Shown piece by piece: positions 15,280 through 28,389 of a DNA stretch of 64,000 nucleotides (the first letter of the stretch is position 1; every line of letters starts with the position of its first letter). Under the pieces are notes generated by a model that did no database searches, was not told the origin of the DNA, and was given only the letters and a program-made list of their open reading frames with translations. Position numbers and translations under genes: made by a program. Location of the stretch: assembly GCF_009914755.1 (NCBI RefSeq), contig NC_060927.1, one strand, 5' to 3'. Origin of the DNA: the human T2T-CHM13v2.0 reference genome, Homo sapiens.

Positions 15280-15420
15280 AATGAATAACCCTCATAGCCT
15301 CCCTGTGAGGTTATCAGTTTCATTTTATAGATGCAGAGAGAGAGAATCAGAAAGGTTGCATCATTTGTCCAAGGTCACCCAGTGGGTAAATGGTAGAGAC
15401 TGTACCAGAATGAAATCAAT
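15280..15420 (-). mobile_element. MIR SINE
   Basis: CCCTGTGAGG...CATTTTATAGATG...TTGTCCAAGGTCACCCAG. Confidence 0.7.
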
Positions 15421-17990
15421 GTCTGCAACCTGAAAAATCTGGGCGGCCCCTTCCCACAAAGCCTCCCAAAAGTGAAGGGTTATTTTTTATGTTCAGTCTG
15501 TGAAGGAGTTTATATGTGAGACACAGGTCCCCAGCACCTTTCAAAACTGCCAATCAGGCAGCCAGCTCCTCTTCTGGCCTGGGGTTCCTATCTGAAGGAG
15601 GAGACTGCCCAGCCGGAGGCAGCAGAAACATCTCTGCAGCTCAGCGCAGTATTTCCAGGCGGCAGAATTAATAGGGCAATTCCCCATGCAGAACTTAGCT
15701 GGCTCCAGTGCTAAATTAGCATAGATAAATATTTTTGAGAGAGGAAGGAAAATAATGCATTTTGCAATAAAGCCAGAGAACAGCCCTCTGCAGCCCAGTC
15801 CTGTGAATCTGGATGAAATGAATTTGCACCTGGTGTAATTGAAGGTGCCATGGTCCTCCGTGGCAGGGAGGAGGATCCAGCCAAGCGGATAAATTCCCTC
15901 TACTCCAGCAGAGCTGATGGTTGTCAAGAGGCTGATCTCTGTGGGGGGCCCAGGTGGGGGTGGGGAGGGCAGTGCCAGGGACTGAGGAGCAGGGCCGGGG
16001 CTTAGAGGATGAATGAGGAGAAAGACTCCCCAGCAGCCTACCGGGCACACACACACTCACACTTGCACTCACACTTGCACAGGCACACCTGACCCACCCC
16101 AAGGCTCTCTCTAGATGAAGGCCAAGCATCCCGATGGTATGGTCAGCCAGGAGCCTCTGACCTCCACACTCTCCTCCTAGCTCTACTGAAACTGTGAAGC
16201 TCTGGAAATTCCTCAGTGAATGGCTCACAAGCCCAAGGTAATGATCTGGGCCTCCCTGCAAACTGTCACCCACATCCTTCAGTCACTGGATTAGTAATTA
16301 GCCTTCTAAATCTCTCTCCAGCCCAAACTCTCTCCCAGTCCCCTCTGCCTCAGCCTCATGCAGGCCTTATCCTCTTTCCCATGGGTCCCCAGAAAAGGCC
16401 ACCTCACTGCAGGGCTCCCCTGAGGCAGCCCCAAGGTGAGGGCTCAGGGAACCAGAGCTGGTGCACATCAACATAGCTCCACTGGTTGTTAAAAATACTA
16501 AAACACTTCAAAACCAGCTGGAAAATGACCGCCGCCAAACCCCCATGGAGGATCCCTGGCTGCCCTTGAACCCCAGGACCCTTGGGCTTCTCCATAAGGC
16601 ACAAGCAGGTCCATGCCTGGCACCAAGAGTATGGCCCACCAGCCCTTCTGATTGGCTGGGTGTCTTATATTTGGAAGATGTTCCCTGGGGTGGGAAATGT
16701 AGACCCCTCCATGATCGTCGTCAACTCCTCTGGTAACATACCAGCCAAGGTAGAGAGAGGGTTGCCATCACGTGCTAAGACAAGCCCCTGGCCTCCCTGC
16801 GACAACCAGGCCCCCACCATCTCCCTGCAGCCCATGGGCAGGAGGGGCCTTCCCACAGTCTGGCCTTCCCAGCTCCCAGCGTTCAAGGCCCTGAGCCCTC
16901 TGGTCCTTGCTGACCTCTCCAGATGCTCTCCTGAGACGGCCGGGGGAGAGCCATGCAAGATTCAATCCTGTCCTGGAGGAAGGTAGAGGGCAACTGACAA
17001 AATAAAACAAACAGAAGGGAGCTAGACCAAGAGCAGGGCTGCTGGAAACCCAAGAGGAGCACCCACACTCGGGGCTGACAACCCCACCCTGGTCTGAGAG
17101 ACAGCAAGGGGCACTGCCAGGTCTAGCAGCTGTGGCCAGGGTCCAGCTGCTGGACCAGCATCTGATCTGGGACCGGAAGCCGGGTGGACAGTGAGCTGTG
17201 CTCTGCCTAGCTCTGCCAGAGCAGGTACAGGGCCTGGGAACCCAGCACTCTGCTGGGGGGCCCAGCCCTACCTGCTAGAGGGTGTCTCCAGGTCTCATCC
17301 TGGCTCCAGAGGATCTCACCAGGTCTAAGACTTCAGGCCATTTTTGCATCAAAAGTCTTTGCCCTAATGCTTTTTCTCTAACATCAAATATCTAACATCA
17401 AATATTTTCCCTGCCTGTGGCTCTCAGTAATAGTATGGAAATGGAGCAGAATTCCTTGAGGTGCTTTTTTTCCTAACTGCACACTCCAGGCTACTTCCCT
17501 GGGATTCTGAAAAGCACTCCCTAGGGGAAAATGTCAGAATCCTTGGGGCAGGGACGGGGAAAGAGGATTATAGCCAGTGTGAAAAGCTATAAACATCCGG
17601 AGATTCCATCAATACTCCCCTTTCCCCGGGGCAGGCACAGGGCCCCGGAGGGGGAAGCAGGGTCCTTTGCCCTCTGCCTCTGTGAGTCACTGCCCCTCCA
17701 ACAGAGTACTCACCCTGGTGGCTGTCTGACTCCAAGAGCCCTGGGCTCACACAGGGGCTGATCCCAGGGGCCGGGGCGTCATCAGCTGCTATGCAGGACA
17801 GAGTGCTACTACAAGGTGAAGGACCCAGCCACTTTGAGCAAAAAGCCCAGGAGCATCTACAGGAGGCTGTGGGTACAGCCACACTTGGTGGCGTCCTGTC
17901 TGCCCAGCACATCTCTACCAGCCTATGGGTTTTGTTTTATAAGCACTTTTATAGTGCCAGGCACTGCCGTAAATACAGTACATATATTAA

Positions 17991-18176
<186 letters not shown>

Positions 18177-20089
18177 TGAAGTAAATCCTACTGTTTTCCC
18201 ATTTAACAAATGAAAAAGCTGGGGCTCAGAGATGGTAAGTGATTTGTGTACAGTCACACAGCTCCAAAGTGGAAGAGTCAGAATTCAAGTCCAGGCAGTG
18301 TGGCTCTGATCCAGCCCTTGCACCCTGGCTCCAGCAAGCCCCTGTGAGTGCCCAGGGCAGGGGGCAGGAGCAGGCTTTAATGGTTTTGCAGCCTGTGCAG
18401 GTCAGGGCTCCAACCCAGACCCTATAGGTGCCTCTGCTCCTGGTTTGTAGATGCTACCTGCAAATTAGCTAAACATTATGGAAAAACCTGTGTCTTGGCC
18501 AGGATATGGCTCATTAATGCACATTTATACAAATCATGACAATTTCTTCAGACAGAGACTTGAAATGCCTTCTCTGCAGAAGCTGGTCACAGAGATCACC
18601 AAAAATAGCAACCGGCTCAAGGCAGTAGCTTGGTAAATGCCACTGACAATCTGGGGTTTATTTCTCCTCCCAAAGCCAATGCTGGTGCTCACAGTGGTCT
18701 CTCCAGGGACCAGAGCAGCAGCTGAAGGTCCAGGTGTGGAAGGGCGCCAGTCCTGGCCTGGGGATCATGCTGCCCCAGCTCCACTGCGCGCTGTTTCTTA
18801 TGGACCAATTTTGGTATCTGTGTGGTTAGTCCAAAAAAACAGACACATTGATGTGCACCAAGGCTCTGGAGTCTGTGAAGTCTTGGTCTCTCTGAGCTTC
18901 AGTTTTATCATCTGCACAAAGGGCATCACCAGGTAGCTGCGAAAATCAGAGATGATGAACGGGATGCCCATGGCACATGCCAGGAGCATGACAAATGGGA
19001 CCTACTACTACTGTTACTCCAAGGAGCAGACAGAAAAGGGTGCTGTGTGCCAGGGCTTCCAGAATGGAGAGGGCGAGGTGAGCTGAGAGATTGTTTGGAA
19101 ATCCTTCTACCTCCTGGGAGCAGCATGACTGAAGGTGGGGGCAGGGAGTGGCCCCAGAGCTGACCAAGCATGGCATGAGGTTTCCCTCGATCTCCAGGGG
19201 GTGTCCCAGAGGGACAAGGAAGGCCCCTGAGCACAGAAAGCCCAGCAACTAGCAGGTACCCGGGACCCTGGCTGGGCAGGTTGTGCGGAGGGGCATGGGC
19301 TGAGTGTGAGGAGCCCCTAAGGGAAGATGCAGATCCGGAGTGAGGGGTCTGCTGGAGGTTGGTGGGCGGCCAGCTGGCAGTGCCCGCTGCAGCAGAGCCA
19401 GGAGCCTGGGCCCCCCCAACCCTTGGCCCATACACACACGTGCTGAAACTGAGACCCAAGGGGGCCAGGACCAGGTCCGGAGCGCAGCAAATGGACGGGC
19501 CAGACTTGGGGCCTTGCAGAGCCCCCTCCCACATCGGAGAACCCCGGGAGTGCTCACCAGTCCCTCCTCCGCGGCTGGGTTTCCTAGGAAACAGGCCAGT
19601 GCTACGAGACACAGTCACCCCTCTCCATCTGCGGGGAGCCCTGCTGCTTCTCTGTGAGGTGGAGGCGGGAGGCTGGGCCCAGACGCCCGAGGCTGGGCCC
19701 AGACGCCCAAGGCTGGGGGGCGCCTGGGGAAGGCCCGGGGCTGGAGGTGCCCACCTTACCCGAAGCTCCTCAGTCCGCGCTTATGCAGCAGGTAGAACAT
19801 GGTTAGCGTGGGGTTTCAGAATCTTCACAAGAATTAAAGTATGGTTTAAGAGTGTTTCTAGCAACATGGGGAGAGCAGAATGCCAATGGCCAGGGCGCCC
19901 CAGCCTTCCTGAGCCACGGGATTCTCACCCCAGGACTGTTCCTGCACCCATTTCACAGGGAGGGAAGCCGCTCAGAGGGACAGGGGAATAGTTCCTCAGG
20001 CCCCAAAGCTGGCAGGAGACAGAGCTGGATTTTAAAGTCAATGCTTAAGCCATTCTGGAATACACCATATTCTGTGAGCAGTGGAAATG

Positions 20090-20380
20090 GAGCTCTCTTT
20101 CTCCTCTTCGTCTCTTCCTCCCCCATTCTCTCTCCTCCTCTCCCTCCCTCTCTCCCTCTGCCTCTCTCTCTGTGCCCTCTTCCTCCCTCTCTCTGTCTCC
20201 CCCCACCTCCTTTTATCTCCCTGTCTCTCCCCTCCTCCGTCTGCCACTCTCTCCCTCACTCTCTGTCTCCCTCTCTCTCCGTCTCTGTCTCTCTCTCCTC
20301 CCCTTTCAAAGTCTCTCTTCCTGTCACTTCATCCCTCTCCTTCTCTCCCTCCTTCCCCACTCCCTCCTTCCTTTCTACTT
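20090..20380. repeat. CT-rich polypyrimidine low-complexity tract
   Basis: About 290 bp that is almost entirely C/T on the + strand. Confidence 0.9.
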
Positions 20381-21106
20381 TTGAGTATTTTCCAAATGTT
20401 CTATAGTGAGGAGGTCAACTTTCTAACAGTATCAAGAGAGGATAAACCTAGCTTTTTCCCCTTAGAGGAGCCCCCATTAGCTCCCCTCCTTCAGCACTTA
20501 CACCGTGCCCCAGGACTCACCCAAACGCAGAAGCCACAGGGCTTCCTGGTCATTCTCCATCAGCTCAACACTGGTGGAGGAAAATGATACACAGTGTTTT
20601 GAGCTACATCTTTCTGAGGACTTCAGTGAGACCCTGGCTGAGGTTCCCAGCCTGGACGTAGAATTCTAGGCCCTCGACAGCCTGCCACCCTAGCAGCGAT
20701 GAGGAAGTGAACGTCCTTGGACCGGCAGGGCCATGGCTGGGTCTGTGTCTTTCTCACTGAGTTCTACGACCCCACTGCCATTTGAACAAACCGTTTCCAG
20801 ACTACCCCACTTGCTTCCTGTGAGTCCGGACTCACACCGGGTGCTGGGGACTCGGCAATAACAGCCAACAGCCCTGCGCTTAAAGCACTCAAAGCCCAGA
20901 GATGAAAACAGACAAATGCGCGACCAAATACAGTTCAGCACGGAAATGGAAGGACAGCAAGGGCCAAAGGAAGGGCTCAAGGAAGCATTCAGGGAGGGCT
21001 TCCTGGAAGAGACGAAACCTCAGCTGCCTCCTGAAGGAGCAGTAGCTGGCCAGAGGTGTGGTCTTGGCCTCGCCACCCCAATCTGCACCCCCACCGGCCA
21101 CTGATT

Positions 21107-21332
21107 CCCTCTCCCTGTGTTCACACACACTGCGTTCCTCTCCCTATTCACATGCGCTGCCTTTCCTCTCCCTGCATTCACATGAACTGCCTCCCTCTCC
21201 CTGTTCACACACACTGCCCCCCTCTCCCTGTTCACACACACTGCCTCCCTCTCCCTGTTCACACATACTGCCTCCCTCTCTCTGTTCACACACACTGCCT
21301 CCCCTCTCCCTGCATGCATGCACACTGCCTTC
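21107..21332. repeat. Minisatellite, ~27-bp unit (CCCTCTCCCTGTTCACACACACTGCCT), ~8 copies
   Basis: Directly visible tandem units. The periodic ORF translations (HTHCLPLPV / CVNREREAV) confirm the 27-nt period. Confidence 0.92.
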
Positions 21333-21524
21333 CTTCCCACCCCGGGACCTTTGTGCATGCCGTTCCTTCTGCGAACTCATTGTTTAACTCTCAGCCACAG
21401 TGTTGCTTCCTCCTGGAGCTTCCCTGACTGCAGAGGGCCCTGGTGGACACCGTCCCCACACCCTTCTTCCTAGAACTCTCCAGAGTTTGGAATCCTAGAA
21501 CTGTGTGGCCCTTCAATTCATGTC

Positions 21525-21650
21525 TCTCTCCCCTACCCCAGACTGTGAATGCTGAGAAGGCAGGCACAGATCTCTGGCTCCTGGCCAGCTCCCCGGGGCC
21601 CATAGCAGAGTGCCAGCATACAGCAGGTGCTCAGTAAATGTGTACTGAAG
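21525..21650 (+). mobile_element. L2 3' end
   Basis: AGACTGTGAATGCTGAGAAGGCAGG...CAGCAGGTGCTCAGTAAATGTGTACTGAA. Confidence 0.65.
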
Positions 21651-22003
21651 GTAGACAGGAGGAAGGCACAAAGGAAAGAAGGCAGGATGGGAGAGGAGAG
21701 AGGAGAAGGCGGCTCCAGTGGGAGGCTGAGGGAGAGGGACTGCGTGTTTGGGGACGGTGTCTGCTGGGCCTGCCTGGGCTCCCGGGGTTGGTGAGGAGTG
21801 AGGTCAGACCAGAGGCAGCTTCCTGGCCCAGGAAGCTGGGAAGCTCCAGACAGCCATAAAACATGAATGGCACATTCACTCCTTGTTTCAGGGAGTTCAG
21901 GCCCAGGATAGGGAGTGGCCCTGAGGGTCCAGGCAGTCAGGAACAGCAGCCTCACAGAAGGCCAGACCTCAAAGGCCTGCCCTTCCCTTCCACAGCAACA
22001 ACA

Positions 22004-22100
22004 CCTCCCCCGCCTGGGGAAAAATCTCACACACACACACACACACACACACCCCTCCCTCACCTGGGGAAAAATCTCTCTCTCACACACACACACACAC
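22004..22100. repeat. Two tandem ~50-bp units, each CCTGGGGAAAAATCTC followed by a (CA)n tract
   Basis: CCTGGGGAAAAATCTC occurs at 22013 and 22063, each followed by a CA microsatellite. Confidence 0.9.
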
Positions 22101-24129
22101 CAGCCCCTGGTGAGCTCTATCACCAGGATGGGCCATCCGTAGACCACTGCCCACCCTGGAGGCTGCAGTTGGTCCCAGGAAAGCAAGCAGGTGGGCAAAG
22201 GACCCACCAGGGCCACTGGGAGTCCTCTCTGGGACTGCCTGATGGATGCTGGGCAGAGAGGTTTTCTTTCTGCTAGAGTGACAGAAAGTAAACCCAGAGC
22301 AGCCGATCGCCGCCTCGCCCCTCCTCAGAGCCACAGAAGGAAGCTGGCCGCTAGATCAGAGGAGCGCAGGGTGATGTTACCACCGAGCGCCTGGACCCAG
22401 TGGTGCCTGAAGGACTTCACCTGGCCTCCCCGGCCCTGCTACTTGCAACCAAAAGAGGCTTTGCTGATTCTGAAATTGCCACCTGGAAATGGAATGTGAC
22501 AAGAGACAGATCTCAAGATGCAGAAGGGGCCGGGTGAGGCAAGGAAGCACTCCACGAAGCCGCCAGTCCCTGATACGCCACGTGAGTGACACTGTCATCA
22601 GCTGTGTCTCTGGACTCTGATCATGTGCCTGCTCAGCTGGGGCTCTAGGGAGCTGGATAACACAATACGGGGTGCTGACCAGGCCTGCCACCTCCAGTGA
22701 GTCCTGGGGGAAGCTGGACTTGAGGTGAAGGTGTAGCTCTGTGGGGAGCCACGGTCTCTGAGTACCATGAGAACTTGAGACCTCAACACATCTGCAGACA
22801 GGGCACTATGTTTGTCTGCATTTCACACATGAAAAAACTGAGGCTCGGACAGGTAAAGGAATCACAGCCACCAGAAGCCTTGGTGGCGTTAGTGGTTTAG
22901 AGGGGCTCACAGAACAGGCTCCAGCAGGGTGGCTCCAGGAGCACAGGCCAGCTGGGAGGCAGAGCCCACAGGAGGCCTGGAGAACAAGTGGGGCAACCAA
23001 GGCAGGGAGCCACTAGAAGAGTGGTATGGTGGGAGGGCTGTGGGAAGCTGCGGCTTGCTGGGCCCAGAGCTAAGGCAGCACAAGTAACACCACGCCCCAG
23101 CTGCTGGGAGAGGGGCTACAGAATCCCACCAGGACAGGCTGGCACAAGCTAGGGGACTGGGAGGGCTGGACGGTAGAGCTTCATGGCTTCTGCTGGGAGG
23201 GGGAAGCAGGGCCAACTCCGGGCCATTCTCTGGGCGTTAGCTAGCATTGGCCCCAGCCCAGGGGCCCGTGCAGGCTGGGGTGGGGCTAGCACGAGGTGGG
23301 GGCTGTTCAGGATGCCAGGCAGGCTCTGACTGCATTTGCAGCTGCTTCGAGGCTCATCTCCCATCGGACGTGCATTGCTCTGCAGCACTCGGCCCCATCC
23401 CTGTCACTGCAGCTGCCACTGCCTCTGTCCCAGCTGAGGGGGAGGGGAAGCCCAGAAGGCCAAATAACAAACAGGACCAATTTCCCCAAATCAACCTGTC
23501 GCCACAAAGGGAGGAAAATTCAGAAGCCTGGCCAAAGCTGACCTTCTGTTTACATTTTCCTTGGAAACGAAGAAACAATTGCTGCTGCTCTAGGGAGCTG
23601 TCTTCAGTTGCCCCCTCCCCTGCTCCCACCCCCCACCCCGTCCTATTCAAGCGCAGCCAGGGATGACACTGGAATCTTGAATCAAACTAAGTGGTTACTA
23701 TGGTGTCAGCCTGAAATTCTGAATCTCCGAGCCGGCCAGCGCTGAGGCGCAGAGCCAGGGTACACAATTAAAGCAGAGAGATCGAGGAAAGAGAAGGCAC
23801 ATTGTATTTCAATAGCAGCAAAATTGCACTTCCCAGCATGGCGGGGGAGAAAGATGTGCTTAGAAATGAAGCTGGACGCAAGATCGGGGCTAGGAACAGC
23901 CCCAGTTCCACCACCCACCAGTCATCTCTCCCCGGCACATACACTATCCCCTTCTGCCCTTGTCCCTGTGGTCACTGAGAGCCATGGAGCCCTGCCCTGA
24001 CCCCTGCTCCCAAACTGCACGTCCTTAGCCTACCCAGAGGCAGGTACCACTTCTCATTACACAGTGCCAGCTTCCCAATGCCTGGGGGCCTCTGCACTCA
24101 CCTGGGTGGACACTGGCACAGCTCATGGG

Positions 24130-24665
24130 CATCTCTTTCCTCAACCCCATCTGGAACCCACTGAAAAGTCCTGCCAGCCCTCCCTGTAAACGCACTTGTG
24201 TGAGGCCCCTCTCACACCTCCACAGCTGCCACCCTGGCCCAAGCCTGTCATCTGTACAACAGCATTAGCCCTACACTGATCTGATCCCCCTACAGTCTCT
24301 TCTCATTGGGGTAGCCAGAGAAATCTTACTGAAGCACAAGCCCCATCCTGTTCCTCCTCACATCACTCAAAGAAAAAGCCAGAGCCCTTCAGTGGCCTCC
24401 CGGGCATGCTCAGGCCGGACCTCCTTCCTCTCCTACTCATTTCCCCCAACCCCAATCACTGGCTCCAGCCGCCCTGGCCTCCCACCTTCTATGAACATGA
24501 CAAGCAGGCTGCTCCTGCCCCAGGGCCTTTGCAGCGGCTGTTTCCCCTGCTAGAGCACTGTCCGCAGTCAATCCCACAACTACAGGGGTTTGTCTGTTTG
24601 GCTCACTGCTGTATTCCCATGCCCAGAACAGCACGGGCATGTAGGCGTACTCAGGAATGAATGAG
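24130..24665 (+). mobile_element. L2 LINE 3' region
   Basis: CTGCCCCAGGGCCTTTGCA...TGGCTCACTGCTGTATTCCCATGCCCAGAACAGCAC...GAATGAATGA, an L2 terminus. Confidence 0.7.
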
Positions 24666-24859
24666 TGAACCATTCCCTGGGTTCCGGGCATTGGAGGGGC
24701 AAACAGGAGGCTCCCACAAGCAACACCCAATCCATAAGCCTGTTTGGTTCAGCCCACGGCATGCCGACCTGCAAGGCGCATGTAAACCTGAATTCATTAA
24801 CAACATATAAAAATGGGAAGGTTGAACACACAAAGCAGGATTTCCAACAAAGGAGTTAT

Positions 24860-26860
24860 CCGTTCCTTAAAGGTTTGGCAGAACTTCCCCATAAAACTGT
24901 CTGGACCTGATGCCTTCTTTTTTCTTTCTTTCTTTTTTTATTAGGCTACCTTTTAATTGCTTTTTTGAATAGGTCTGTTCATAATGTTTCCCCTTGCTTC
25001 TTCTTGATTCAATTTCAGTGTATGAGCCAGAGATGTAGACCACAGCTGGTTAAGGGCAAAACACTGTATACTGCAGAGTTTAGAAAGCTTCTTGAGTTTC
25101 TGTGAAGGTGAGCAACATAGACAAAAGGGAGGAGACATTCCATTCCCTCCAACACAATGTCCTGACAGAAACCCACTGCCTCCACCACTCACCACTGGGT
25201 GCCTCTACCACAACTGTCTGGGCTGAGCCTAATGCTTTTGCCACAAGAGACAATCTTTCTGCACATGACCTGGCTCCTGCCATCCTCTCAGCCCATTGCT
25301 CGTCACTCCTCTTGTGTTAAGCAGGGCTCTTGCTATGGTAAAAAGCATAATCCCATCTCACGCAGGCACAAATAAAAGGAAAGAGATCTTTTGGCTAGTG
25401 TGCCAGAGAAGCCTTGGGACTTCAGGCACAGCTGGATCCAGGAACAGTGCCAGGAATCCATCTTTTGCCACTTCTAAGCTACACCTCCCTCTGCTGTTGG
25501 CTTCATTCTCAGGCAGGCTCTCCCCTCCTGGTAAAAACACAGTCCCCTCAACCACCAACTGTAGCTCACTTTTGCCTCTGGAGTCCTGCTTTGATAACCT
25601 GCTTGGCTCAGTCCAAGCCACACACTCAACTTGAGCTGCAAGGACATATGGAAAGTATAGTTTTTAGCTTTTCCACTTATGGGGTGGAGACAGGCCTGCT
25701 GGAAGGGATTGGGGCAGAGGTCGGGTTAGCCAAGTTGCAGCATCTGCCACTTTGTACATATGTGATTTTTCCTAAAAAGTATTCATTTTACCTTTGATAA
25801 TTAGATTTATTGGCAAAAAATATGCTTTGTATTCTCCCATATTTTAACATATCTGTGTATCTATAATCCCCCTTCTGCATGGTTACTGATATGTTTTCTT
25901 GATCAGATTTACTAGTTTTGTCTGGCTTATCAGTCTTTTCAAAGAATTATCTTTCCTATTTATATCTCATCTACTATTGTTTTATTCTATTTCATTAATT
26001 TCTGCTCCTTTTCTTCATTAATTCCTTCAGTCTGCTTTCTTCAGATTTATTCTGATGTTGATTTCCTAGCTTATTGAGGTAAATGCTTCTCTTATCTTTT
26101 TAATCTTTCCTCTTTACTAATGACTGCATTTAAGGCTATTCATTTTCCTCTAAGTACACATGGCTTGGGTGGTATCCTGTGGGTTTTTTTATGCAGTGCC
26201 TTTATTGCTGTTCATTTCTAAATAGTTGATAATTCAGTTTTGAGTTATTGTTTAATTCACATTATTTAGATTTGTTTTTAAATCTCCAAGTGGATGGATT
26301 TGAGGGTGCTCCCCTCTTGTTCATTTCTAGTTTTATTTGCATTGTGTTTGGGAAATGTGACTGGCATGATCTTTTTAATTTTTAAAAAAATAGGTTTTAA
26401 AAATCAAAGGGAGTGTAAAAACATATCCTCCCTGTAAAATAGCCAGTCAATACAGAAGTGCATAGAGCCAAACATGAGAGTTTCCTCTTGCAATTATTCT
26501 TATTCTCTCAGCTTCACCCTCCTATTCATTCAGAGCTAACCTTTATGAATACTTTGGAGTATATTTTTCAGCCCTATTTTTAAATCTAAGCATATATTTA
26601 TATATTCATCCCTAGAGCTTAAAACTTTCTTCTGTTTTACAGCCTGTCTTGCAGAACTCTTAGCTAACTCTACTTTCAGCCATATTTTTCCAAATAAATG
26701 CATTTTGTCTTCAGATAAATGTTTGCTTTGATTTGGCAGCAGCCTGTATATTTTGATATGTCATGCTATCACTGCTGTTCATCTTTAGGTCATTTTTAAT
26801 TTTTGTTTTGATTTACCTTTTAACTTGAGTTCTTGATCAATTTTTTTAAAATTTTTGATT
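24860..26860 (-). mobile_element. Ancient L1M fragments (antisense), interrupted at ~25020-25755
   Basis: AT-rich antisense ORF2-like sequence, e.g. GGTTTGGCAGAACTTCCCCATAAAACTGTCTGGACCTG and GCATTTAAGGCTATTCATTTTCCTCTAAG. Confidence 0.65.
25264..25547 (+). repeat. Dispersed direct repeat, copy A (paralog of 44719-45004)
   Basis: Hand alignment gives ~26 substitutions and one 2-bp indel over ~285 bp. Confidence 0.92.
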
Positions 26861-26869
26861 ATGTATGTT

Positions 26870-27850
26870 TGAGAACCAAGGAAAATGGAAAACATTCCAC
26901 CTCTTTCTAAAAGAACTAGGCAAGGATAATTTTTAAAAGAAATGTGTAAACCAATATCCCACATTAAAGATTTTCCAAAAGCCTAAGTAAAATATCAACA
27001 AATTACATGCAAAATATAATCAAAAGATTAATCGGTCATGATAAAATAGATTGTAATCCAGGAATTGAAAGACAGCTCAAGATAATGAATGTAATATTAT
27101 CCATTATTTTCACATATTAAATAAGAAAAGTCATATGATCATTTACATAGATACCCCCAAAGAAGCAATTTATAAAATCCGACATTTGTTTCTGACTTGT
27201 AAAACTTCTGATTAGTAAGCTAGGAAATAGAAGGGAAATTCATTAATTTAACAGAGATTGTCCATTAGAAACTCTTAGTAAACTTGACACTTAACGGTGA
27301 AATTTTAGAAGCATCCCCATCAGAGTTGGGAGAAAACGACAAATGCCCCCTCCCACCCTATTATGCAAGGGACTTGAGATTCCAGGGAATGCAAAGCCAA
27401 CAGGCATTGCATCTGAATTTGGGACTTAGGAATACTCTGGGACCTTCAAGTCTGAGCCCTAAGAAGCCCTGCAATAAGAACAAGAAAGAAGAGTCTCTAG
27501 ACAGAAGTAATAATAATAAACTGTCATCGTTTGCAAATGATATAACTGCCTATCTAGAAAATCTATAAGAACAAATAAGAGAGTCCAGCAAGTGACTAGA
27601 CATGACCTAGCAAGTTCAAACCAACAACCATGACCAGTTAGAAAACATTTGGGGGAAAAGATGTAGCCCATTCACAATAGTGACAAAAACTAGAAAATAA
27701 TTAATAATACATGTAACAAGATCTATATGAAAAAAAGATCAAACTTTACATAAACAAAAACTTAAGTAAGTAGAGAAACTACTACATTCTTGAACACAAA
27801 GGGATCGATTCTCCCCCAAGGAGTCTATAAATTCACTGCAAACAAGATAC
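26870..27850 (+). mobile_element. Ancient L1M ORF2 fragments
   Basis: Degenerate RT motif KLSSFANDITAYLENL, compared with L1 [16 protein letters not shown]. Confidence 0.7.
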
Positions 27851-28102
27851 CAAGCACAGATTGTTGGCTCCCTGCCCAAAACCCAGCATTAGAGATACCA
27901 CAGCAGAGAAGGGGAGGTTGATGGATCTGAGAAGCCAGCATAAAACTATGAGACAGAAGGTGGTTGAGTTCTGGCGTGTGTGCGCGTGTGCTTGTGTGTG
28001 TGTGTGTGTGCGTGCACGTGTGTGTGCAGGGAGAGGGAAGGATGACAGTCCAGAGTGGAAAAGAGCCAGTCAATGTTGGAGTGGATTAGGTTAGAGGAAT
28101 GC

Positions 28103-28270
28103 TTTTTTTTTTTTTCTTTTTTCTAAGATAGGGTCTCTCTTTGTTGCCCAGGCTGGAGTGCAGTGGCATGATTATAGCTCACTGTAACCTTGAACTCCTG
28201 AGCTCAAACAATCCTCCCTCCTCAGCCTCCTAAGTAGCTGGGACTACAGGCGCGCACCATGATGCCCAGC
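28103..28270 (-). mobile_element. FRAM/AluJ right monomer
   Basis: Poly-T followed by GATAGGGTCTCTCTTTGTTGCCCAGGCTGGAGTGCAGTGG...GCCCAGCC. Confidence 0.85.
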
Positions 28271-28389
28271 CAGGGCAATGCTTCCTAACTCTGCTCTTTT
28301 CTCTCCCTGGCACACTGAGAGGACTGTTGTCAATCCCCTCACCTGTATAAGGCAGGAATGAAACAACAGCACCCGCCCAGATGAAACAA

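Noticed and set aside
21020-21427. Repetitive His/Cys-rich peptides; possible CRISPR-like array
   Set aside because: This is a head-to-tail minisatellite with no unique spacers, in a mammalian context.
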